Below, piece after piece: positions 53,651 to 64,000 of a stretch of 64,000 nucleotides of DNA. Within the stretch, counting starts at the first letter, position 1; each line of letters starts with the position of its first letter. Made by a program: the position numbers and the translations under genes. The notes under the pieces are model-generated. The model was not told the DNA's origin. It made no database searches and worked only from the letters and a program-made list of their open reading frames with translations. This stretch comes from Octopus vulgaris (lineage: Eukaryota): positions 93,868,001 through 93,932,000 of the forward strand of contig OX597816.1 in NCBI GenBank assembly GCA_951406725.2, given 5' to 3'.

Positions 53651-54294
53651 ACATCTGTCAACTTCTTTGAAAACCAGAAGTTGGGCGAAGCAGTGCAGAA
53701 CTCGGGTTAAGTGAGATCACAACAAGACAATTGAGGAAGACTGCTGAAGCTTTGTGGGGCGATAACTCTGCAAAGCAATGAGTGGGTTTGGAATCATTCA
53801 TGCAACAAAGCAAATGAGGTGGAGTAAGATACATTACTAAAGTCACAGACAAAGTTACTAAGGGACTTTGGATAAAGAAGGCTGGCCCATGGCATTTTCG
53901 TGAATGGATGCAAACTGTGAGTTGATCAACCTCTGCTAAAATAAGTACTACAAGGGCATTACTAATGATTCATCTTAGAGCATCTCTGTGAGATGCATAT
54001 TGAAAACACACGCGTAAATACACACACGCTCACACACACACATAATTAACGAGAGAGACAGAAGATAGAATATTTGGGAATCTTTATTAATCATTACAAT
54101 GGTTTCAACCCATCTAGCATATAAGTCCATTGTCCTGCTTTCGTCTTCGATCTCATTGTTTGTTTACATCTGACGACTCGAATACGAAACGTCTTACAAA
54201 ATCAGTACTGGCTATAATTTGTATAGGATATATGCAGAGATAACCTTAACATGCATATCGAAGTATATTAAAAACGACTGATATACTTTATAGT

Positions 54295-54692
54295 AAGGCG
54301 GCGCGCTGCCAGAAACGTTAGCACGCCGGGCGAAATGCTTAGCAGTATTCCGTCTGCCGCTACTTTCTGAGTTCAAATTCCGCCGAGGTCGACTTTGCCT
54401 TTCATCCTTCGGGGTCGATTAAATAAGTACTAGTTACGCACTGGGGTCGATATAATCGGCTTAATCCGTTTGTCTGTCCATGTTTGTCCCCTCTGTGTTT
54501 AGCCCCTTGTGGGTAGTAAAGAAATAGGTATTTCGTCTGTCTTTACGTTTTGAGTTCAAATTCCTCCAAGGTCGTCTTTGCATTTCATCCTTTCGGGGTC
54601 GATACATTAAGTACCAGTTGCGTACTGAGGTCGATCTAATCGACTGCCCCCCACCCCCAGAATTTCGGGCTTTGTGCCTAGAGTAGAAAAGA
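54295..54692 (+). mobile_element. SINE family A (dimeric form)
   Basis: Head-core-tail1-core-tail2. Confidence 0.93.
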
Positions 54693-54756
54693 ATGTACTT
54701 TATAGTATATTATGGTTGCATAACGAAATACCGCGTCCCTACAAGTCAATAATAAG

Positions 54757-54824
<68 letters not shown>

Positions 54825-55025
54825 ATACTATTATACACACACACACACGAGAGTGGTTTTCAAAGCTGATGATTCATTCTTCTCTTTGTCGCTACTCCGA
54901 GCTTCTTCCTTGTATACATTCGTTTAATCATCTAAGCGTGTACAAACAACTTTGGAGAAACGACAAATGAATAAACTTTACTGCATGCATTGAGTACTTT
55001 TTCTCGTTTTTACATACACGCGCAA

Positions 55026-55061
<36 letters not shown>

Positions 55062-55180
55062 TTACATGCATATTTTCAAAACATACAGATCCGTAAACAA
55101 AAGTCTGCTCTAGTACGCGTACAGACTCGCCTAAACATGCAAACACACTCATACACACACATAAGCACACACACAGACAT

Positions 55181-55216
<36 letters not shown>

Positions 55217-56859
55217 GCTCACATGAAAACATACGTAAATATTTCACACACATACTCTCTCCCTCTCCCTCTCTCTTTGACACTCATAGACAACAAACTC
55301 GTGTACGGTCACCGACACATAATACATACACGTTCTCATACATTCATTCAAGCACACACATATATGCAATGTAGCACACACATATATGCAATGTAGCACA
55401 CACACACATACACACACAGAAATACGCAAACAGACACACATACCACATACATGCACACAAACGAGCGCGCACACGCTCACACACATTCACATACAAACGA
55501 AAATGTCTTGCTTGACGCCATTAAAATAGTTCGTCGTCTGCATTTTGAAGCCAACGTTGCCAACAGTTGAGCGGTTGGGTTTCTATCCAAAAGAGCAGAC
55601 GGATAAATAAAGCTGCTCGGACACCTTAAGTCTTGAAGATTTGCCAAAATATGTTACAATTGTCCCTGAAAACCTACACAACTTTTTCTTTACATTTTCA
55701 TACATACACGCACGCACGCACACACACATACACACACACAAATACACACACACACACTTCCAACTACACATTCGTGCATGCATACATACATACGAGGAAA
55801 AGCAAATCTTTGTATACATTAATCCACACACATACACGCAAAAATATAGATTCACACACCCCACTATACGAAAACACACACATATACAAAAATGCAAACA
55901 CGCTCACACAGTTCATATAGCTAATTGTTCATATTATATTCTGAAGTATAGTCCTATCACTTTATGAGTTTATAAAGAATTTATTGTACCCGACGAAGAT
56001 ATAGTCTTTGTCTCTTCATTTCACCTATTTATTCCTCCAATTAATTCTCTTCCTTCTATTCCTCTTCCAATCATCATCGTTAAACTAGCCTTTCTTGTTT
56101 CAATTATTTATTATTAATATTGCTTATAACATAAGAGGTCTTAGACTTCCAGTCTTATTTTATCTAATTTCGTTTATCTAAGCTGGGAGCTACATAGCTT
56201 TTATCACTGTGGGGTCGGTGAAATAAGTTTCAGACATTCAGCGGAGTCTGCTCAATTAACTCTACAAGCTGCCTACAGTTGTGTGGCCTTGTATCAGTAT
56301 ATGTATATCAGTTTATATCAGTTTAAATATCATCATGTTAGATCAGTAAAGCAAGTCGTAAGCTCCTTGTGAGTGAAGATTGCGATGAGGTTTCGATTTT
56401 CGGATGAGAGAACTTTAAGCTAACTTAAGCCTTTAACGTCACTCGAAATGTATCAAAACATCTCGTTGCTTCTTCGCTTGATATGAGCAACCTGTGATAC
56501 TATCTTAATATAACAGACAAAAATTGGGTAGAGTTACATCTACCTAAATCATCTAGGAATTATTTTGTTGCTATTTTCTTTTACTGGATGTTGCTGCTGT
56601 TACAGTTAAATTATAAACTAGTATACTAATCACTCGTTTAAAATAAATCATTGTATCCATAATGGCATCGTTATCCAACTTATTTAATACATAGTCAAGT
56701 ACAATGTTTTGTTGATATTTTAATAATGTTTTTACCTCCACATACATAAATTTGCAAGCGGCTATAATAAAGTCACGAATGAGATTTGATTTACCAGTTC
56801 CCTTCTAAATATCAAGTTGCTGTTTTCTTCATCAGTAAATCTTGACCATTTTACATTTT

Positions 56860-56869
56860 GTGTGTGTAT

Positions 56870-56922
<53 letters not shown>

Positions 56923-56929
56923 CGCGCGC

Positions 56930-56960
<31 letters not shown>

Positions 56961-56985
56961 CGTACGTGCATGCGTACGTGTGTGT
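56860..56985. repeat. (TG)n-(CG)n-(TG)n alternating purine-pyrimidine tract
   Basis: Direct reading, including a run of 8 CG dinucleotides at 56915-56930. Confidence 0.95.
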
Positions 56986-57859
56986 ACACCAACAATGTAC
57001 AACACTCAAAGTATCTTTTGCAACTTTGTCCCATTTTTGACAGAGTATTTTCAGGATAATTTTAAAGGCTTGAAAATTATCAGTGCTGTCCTGCTTCTTA
57101 TTATTAAGTGTTCTTCGAGGATCGCAACCGCTAATAGAGTTTTAGTACCAGATGTGTTGATGTGGTATCATTTAAAAAGCTGCCACGAATAGCTAATATT
57201 TTTCGATTGATCGACTTTTTTGATCTTCCCGTTTATACAGGGTTTTTTTTCGGTGGGGCGTTCAGTATATTGAACTCATAACATTTAATTCTAAAACAGG
57301 ATTCAATACTTTTATCTATAATACAACAGTGTCATGTTATTAAAGAACAAAGAAATGAGAACATAGAAAAATAGAAAATGAAACATTGTTTAATAGTATA
57401 AATGTTTAAAGACATATAACCATCGAACAATGAAGTTGAAGTTAGACAAAATATATAAGGTCATGTCAATAAATGATCGGTACTAGATGATGAGCCTATA
57501 TTTTGTAATTTGACTATTTTTATACCGCTTCTATGAAGCTGCTTATTGTTTATTTTTATTTTGTGTGCATTTTAAATGGTATTTGTTGCATTCCTGGTTC
57601 AGCCATATCATCAGTGAAAATGAGTCCTACAGAGTTTTGAATGAATGAAAAATACTTGTTACCCTGTAAGAGTCCATATCATGGAATCAGTATTTGTGAC
57701 GGTATTTGTGTTTCATAAGTCTATGAAGAAAAGGGCTGTGGCTTTCATTCTTGTTGTCGCAGGGTCCAAATTTACATATGCTTTGGCATGCTATCAGTTT
57801 ACTTTAAAGCGTTTTTATTTGTCTGAGCTGATAGATTTGTTGTCAAAGTAGAACTTTGC

Positions 57860-58263
57860 TGCTGCTGCTGCTGAATATCAGCCTGTTGGAAATGCTCCTG
57901 ACGCCCTGAAATAAGTGTTTGATGAAATGAGATCGGATAAGATAAAGATTTTGTGGTTCAATCACGTGGGTAGCAAGCTCCATAATTGAACAATGCTGCT
58001 GCTGCTGAATATCAGCCTGTTGGAAATGCTCCTGACGCCCTGAAATAAGTGTTTGATGAAATGAGATCGGATAAGATAAAGATTTTGTGGTTCAATCACG
58101 TGGGTAGCAAGCTCCATAATTGAACAATGCTGCTGCTGCTGAATATCAGCCTGTTGGAAATGCTCCTGACGCCCTGAAATAAGTGTTTGATGAAATGAGA
58201 TCGGATAAGATAAAGATTTTGTGGTTCAATCACGTGGGTAGCAAGCTCCATAATTGAACAATG
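57860..58263. repeat. Three apparently identical 134-bp tandem units
   Basis: gaatatcagcctgttggaaatgctcc begins at 57873, 58007 and 58141. Confidence 0.97.
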
Positions 58264-58675
58264 GCACTAGGCGTAATGCAAGCATTGTTACACAGGATTA
58301 ACAAACTTAAGTTTTTCTTAACATCTTAATCACAATTAAAAGATCTTTTTTCCGAATAAATATGTATCTAAGGTTATATATAAACAGCGGTGACAGTCTT
58401 GGTCTAACATTTTAATAAAGGCTGCAATCCGGTGAAAACATAGCAGACCTAATATTGTTCAATGAGAGAAGGAAGAAATTTTTTAATTTTTACAGAGGTC
58501 AGCGGCCCAGTAAATGTAATTTCATAGCTGGACTTACAACACCCAGACTCTAGATTGTCAGTTGCATCTATTTTTATAGGTGCACTGGGTTAAGTAGCAA
58601 TACATTTGCATAACAGTCTGGAAATGCAAGATTTTCTCAGAAGGAACAAAGCAGACTGACTTGCATCCTCTAGAT

Positions 58676-60871
58676 CAGTGGTTCTCAGCCGGGGGCGAAA
58701 ATCAAATTTTGGGGGGCGATGAATACAGTCTTCAATTGGCGACTGTACTCACAACAAGCAATCCCGCATCCAGTGCATCATAACAACAAGGGCTCTTCGC
58801 AATAACTGCGGTCAAGACGTAAAAACAACACTTTTTCTTAATTCAAATACTGTAACTATGTCCCTCAATAAGTGCGGTATCTTCCAGGATTTAGTTCATC
58901 GATTTATAATGACTCATTCATCACTGAATTTCTAACCCTTGTTATTATGACACTGGCCTCCAGATTGCGTGATTCATCGATGAGTACTTACAATATGGTT
59001 TTATCAAGAACTCTACAGACCCAAAGCAGCCCTTCTGTATCATGTGTCATCAATCTTTGTCCAATGAAGCCATAAAGCCTTCTCGACTCTCTGACCACAT
59101 GAGAAGAAAACACCCCGAAAAATTCGGTAAGCCTATCAAATATTTTGAGGGATTGAAAACTGATTTTGAAAATCGGAGTACTGTTAAATCGTTATTCAAG
59201 AAACAGACAAAAATTAATGACGCTGGACTGATTGCTTCCCACAAAATTTCAGAAATTACTGCAGAAACAGGTAGTGCACATACGGTAGCTGAAAAGATTA
59301 TTGTACCTCCAGTAGAAGCAGTAATATCAGAAATCCGTAAGAGAATTGATGACATATCAAGTCATATCGAAGACGTACTAATTCAAAGATTGAAAACAAC
59401 GAATTTTTCTATTCAAACTAACGAAAGCACAGTTATTGACAATAAGGCTTTTTTAATGGGATATGTACAATATTTTGATAGAAACTGCGCATTACAAGAA
59501 GATTTATTATTTCTATAACTGACTGACACAACGGGCACTTCTATATTTTCTGCAGTGAAAACATTTTTTGAAGAAAAATAAATTCCATATTATGAAAATT
59601 TAGTTTCACGTGCTACTGATAGTACAATATCTATGGTTTGGAGACATAAAGGATTTATCTCTCATTTAAAAAAGTTGTGCCCCCTCCCCAATTCTAGTCA
59701 TACACTGTGAGCTACACAGGCATAAACTCGTGGCCAAAAATATAAGTCCTATTCTAAATCAGTCATTGAGCACTGTTATGAAAGCAATAAGCAAAAACCT
59801 AACAGTAAATGTGACCGTCGTTTTCGAAAATTTTGTGTCGATGCTGACGAACAATATACAAAACTTCTCTTGCATACCGATGTCCGTTGGCTATCCAAAG
59901 GCAACTGCTTGGAAATATTTCAAAACCTATTTAGTACACTAGTTGCATTCTTACGAACAGAAGGACACTCAGACTTAGCCGCCGAAATTCAAGCTCAAAA
60001 GAACATACACTATCTTAGTTGGATTTTCCGTAAGCTGAATGAGGTCTCTCTTCTGCTGCAGAGAAAAATGATAACGCTGACAGACTGTAAACGGGTGATG
60101 AGAGTTTTTGTTGAAAAACTCGATCTTTTTCAAGTTAATTTGAAATTAAGAGTTTTATAATATGCCCGAACTAGCGGAAATCGACTTACGTGAAAATGAG
60201 ATTGGTATCTATTGCGACCATCTGCCCGCCTTAAAAATGATTTAGAAACCAGATTGCCGATTTATTTAACTTCACTATTTAGCCATGGAGGATGGCCCAT
60301 TCGATTGTGATCCTCACAGTGCATGCGAAAATATCCAGGAAGAAATCATCGAGATGAAATGTAACGATGAATTTCAAATCAAGTTAAAAAAAAAAAAAAG
60401 ATTGTTTGAATTTTGGCAATCAGACACTGTAAAATCACTATAGCCAAATCTGTGGTCACAAATGTCGAAAATCCTTTTGCGTTCACGACATCATATCTTA
60501 TCGAAACTGAATTTAGTACTGTCAATCACATTTTGCGGAAGGAAAGAAACAGATTTGACATTATTTCACGTGAAGATATTCGTATCTTTTTGAGTAGCAT
60601 TAAGCCTGACATTGAAATTTTAGCAGAACATCACCACTATTAGGGCTCACACCAATTAGTCCTTTTCTAGATTCAAATTTAGAATAAGGTTTTATTTTAA
60701 TTCTTTTTTTTTTCTTTTATATTTACATGTACAAACTTTTTTTAGTGTTGATTAGCTGTAATTACGTTATATTTAATATTTGTTATCATTTTTTGGTGGG
60801 TGATTATCAATTAGCTTACGTCAAGAATAGCATTTAGGGGGCGATGGCCGGGAAAAGGTTGAGAACTACTG
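58676..60871 (+). mobile_element. Full-length hAT transposon of the Buster/Charlie family with a pseudogenised transposase
   Basis: 15-bp TIRs cagtggttctcagcc / ggttgagaactactg. Perfect 8-bp TSD CTCTAGAT at 58668-58675 and 60872-60879. Transposase motifs: BED finger C..C..LSNEAIKPSRL..H...H, FSIQTNES, HC..HR, DVRWLSKG, FTTSYLIETEFS. Confidence 0.96.
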
Positions 60872-61189
60872 CTCTAGATCATAACGATTACCTGCACAAT
60901 AGAGACGTCCGAAGGTTTTCTATTTGTCTTTCTTGGAATAAAGTAATGTACGCAAACTTATGTATGCATGCATCATGCACGCTCAAACACACACATAAAT
61001 AGTAATCATGCACGATCATGTACATGAGTGCAAATGCGGCCACACATGGGCCGATATATGTGAAAACTTACATATAATATATTCTACAAACCTATATAAA
61101 CGTATATATTCATATATTCCAGGAACTGTTTTAACTTAGACGGCAAAGCCTTGTCCCATTGCAGGTGGTCGGTTTGTATTCTGCGAAGA

Positions 61190-61870
61190 AGAACTTCAAT
61201 AAAGCTGTGATTTCAACATTCGATGTACTTAATTGTCCTATAGACAAAATTCGTTCCAGAAATATTAAAACTTGCAAGATCCAGATTGAGTGTCGTATGG
61301 TATCATTTAGTCAGCATCTGCTAAAAACAGCAACAAAAATACAAGTGAAGGCAACAACTCTTCGAAAAGTACTTCCTGACGATTCTTTATACGGTTCTGG
61401 AACCAATGGAATAGCACACCTCAACAAATACTAGGGAATGAAATACACAAAGATTCTACAAATATATGTTTCTCGTAGTCTTGAAGATGATGCTAACATT
61501 AGTGTTGCAAAATTTGACTTGTGCATAATAATTTCCATTATTGCCACTCTCTTTTTCCGAAAAGTTCAGCTTCTCAGGTTTACAGCATAGATATTTAATA
61601 AGCTGTATAAATTTTATTGGTATAAAAGTAAATTTATAATCTAGGAAGAGAAGCTGTAGGTTTCGAAGCTGTTTTAAGATATTCTCTTTTTCACTGATTA
61701 TTCTTACTACATTAAATGTTGACATCTGCAAAGCAAATCTTATACTTAATAACTTTTTTTCTGTTTCAAATAAACAAATATATGGGGCTTGTTGTATTTG
61801 CTTTTGACGGAAGGTGACAATGTTCCATAGATATGCTTTGCGCTGAAACGTATGTAATATACTCAGTAAC
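61190..61870. mobile_element. Two decayed fragments of the 44.3-45.4 kb RLE-LINE family in opposite orientations (~61190-61430 plus; ~61610-61870 minus)
   Basis: The plus fragment ECRMVSFSQHL matches CCIISLRQH at 45.3 kb. The minus fragment ISEKENI...LRNLQLLFLDYKFTFIPI matches the 44.5-44.6 kb segment. Confidence 0.65.
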
Positions 61871-61969
61871 ATAACTATTTTTTTGATATATCTCTCACAC
61901 GGCTGGCATTGTATATTGTGGTGTCATCAATAACATATCGAATTGTAATGTCAATATGTCAATGCATAA

Positions 61970-62773
61970 AGGCGGCGAGCTGGCAGAAGCGTTAGCACGC
62001 TGGGCGAAATACTTTGCGGTATTTCGTCTGCCGCTACGTTCTGAGTTCAAATTCCGCCGAGGTCGACTTTGTCTTTCATCCTTTCGGGGTCGATTAAATA
62101 AGTACCAATTACGCACTGGTTTCGATATAATCGACTTAATCCTTTTATCTGTCCTTGTTTGTCCCCTCTATGTTTAGTCCTTTGTGGGTAGTAAAGAAAT
62201 AGTTATTTCGTCTGTCTTTACGTTCTGAGTTCAAATTCCACCGAGGTCGACTTTGCCTTTCATCCTTTCAAGGTCGATAAATTAAGCACCAGTTGCGTAC
62301 TGAGGTCGATCTAATCGACTGGCCTCCTCTCCCAGAATTTCGGGCCTTGTGCCTAGAGTAGAAAAGAACATTCGTCGGCGAGCTGACAGAAACGTTAGCA
62401 CGCCGGGCGAAACGCGTAGCTGTATTTCGCCTGCTGTTACGTTCTCAGTTCAAATTTCACCGAGGTCGACTTTGCCTTTCATCCTTTCGGGGTCGATAAA
62501 TTAAGTACCAGTTACGTACTGAGGTTCGATGTAATTGGCTTAATCCCTTTGTCTGTCCTTCTTTGTCCCCTCTGTGTTTAGCCCCTTGTAGGTAGTAAAG
62601 AAATAGGTATTTCGTCTATCTTTACGTTATGAGTTCAAATTCTGCCGATGTCGACTTTGCATTTTATCCTTTCGGAGTCGATAAATTAAGTACCAGTTGT
62701 GTACTGAGGTCGATCTAATCGACTGGTCCCCTCCCCAAAACCTTCGGGCCTTGTGCCTAGAGTAGAAAAGAAT
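61970..62773 (+). mobile_element. Two dimeric SINE family A copies in direct tandem (61970-62368, 62376-62773)
   Basis: Four core units; both copies end in gccttgtgcctagagtagaaaagaa. Confidence 0.93.
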
Positions 62774-63345
62774 ATACACAGATTTAGATACCTACTAACA
62801 CAATATGTGTTGAGTGATTAATAATTCGTCTCTACATCTACCTCTGTGTGTACATAAATGCACTTACATATAAAAGACCAATGAAACAGAGAGACAGTTT
62901 CTGTAGATGGTTATCACTGATTAAACTTCGTTTCAGTAAGTTACTAATAATTATTATTTCACCTCTACGAAGTTAAATCCAAGTTAACACCGCTAGATTT
63001 TGAACGCAGATAGTACACTTCAGAAAACCAAGCACTGCAAGATAACTAGTTTCGCTTATCAAATTACATCGCTGAAAATAATATCTCACATTTTGCAAGA
63101 TTAAAATCTGTAATAGGGCAGGAATCATGAAAGACATTTCATTGTTTGTTTTGACAAAAGTAAAGCTAATTTTACGCTTAAGTCTTTCATTCGTCTGGAT
63201 TACATGAACTTGTCATTCTGTAATTGCAAATTTTTTCATCATATTTATTCTACAAATACATTCTAAACACATACCCACCCACCCACATACACAATGGAAT
63301 AAAATCTCATGGGCTTTGTTAAATCATTCTTAATATCTATCTTCA

Positions 63346-63545
63346 GGCGTCGAGCTGGCAGAAGAATCCTTAGCCTGCCGAGCAAAATGCTGAGTGGCAT
63401 TTCATCCGTCCAGGGTTCAAATGCCACCGGAGTCGACTCTTTCTTCCAGTCGAAGTTGATAAAATAAGCACTAGTTGAGCAATGAAGTCAACTGGTCGAC
63501 TTAGCCCCTCCCCCGAAATTGTTGACTTTGTGCCATAATTTTAAA
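63346..63545 (+). mobile_element. Old SINE family A copy
   Basis: Degenerate head, core and tail-2. Confidence 0.7.
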
Positions 63546-64000
63546 TCTCTCTCTCTCTCTATGATGTGTGATGTGTGTACATATGTACGTACAGTGATAT
63601 GGATGTTGAATATAGATAAGACAGCAAGTTGCTGGGTTAAAAGTGTTAAAATTTGAAGTTTCACCTCAATTTTAAGATCATTATGGCTAAGTTAAAAAGA
63701 AATTCGCAAACGATAGAAATGCTTTTATATTTTATTCAAAGTTCTAGGGAAAATATTAGACTAAGTACAACTTTTATCAAGTGACCAATAATTCTTTAAC
63801 GATGCTGGTATATCGCTGATAAAATAGACCAAATATATTACTGAAACTTATTTGACACTAGAAAAATGAAAGGGATAATCCACCCAAGTGAAGGTGAACT
63901 GAAGCAGTAAGAGACTGGAATGTTAGTATGTTTTTGTGCTAACTAATCAAAATATTTCTTATCTTGGCGCTTGACGCAAGTTTATAGAAAAGATAAATGA

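Noticed and set aside
54165-54200. CTGACGA...GAAACGTC hammerhead-like core
   Set aside because: Neither stem I nor stem II pairs.
57860-58263. CRISPR-like array
   Set aside because: The units are identical 134-bp tandem copies with no unique spacers, there are no cas genes, and the context is eukaryotic.

Overview
AT-rich eukaryotic genomic DNA, dense in microsatellites and transposons. The SINE repertoire and composition suggest a coleoid cephalopod such as Octopus; this is an inference and was not verified. I find no intact protein-coding gene, rRNA, true tRNA or CRISPR array, and most ORFs in the track are translated microsatellites. The window is a transposable-element graveyard: three tRNA-derived SINE families (>30 copies); LINE remnants of CR1/L2-like, RTE and restriction-like-endonuclease (R4/Dong-like) types; two Penelope-like remnants; a full-length but dead hAT Buster/Charlie transposon with TIRs and an 8-bp TSD; hAT and Chapaev transposase fossils; and a non-autonomous Helitron with nested insertions. 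The most interesting signals are short elements carrying type I hammerhead-ribozyme cores with palindromic stem III. Two of these loci are foldbacks (36834-36960; 4742-5806) and one is a solo motif (47762-47809). Also notable is a ~555-bp non-tRNA element that repeatedly sits in (TAA)n-type tracts. Coordinates were read by eye, and the boundaries of decayed elements are approximate.
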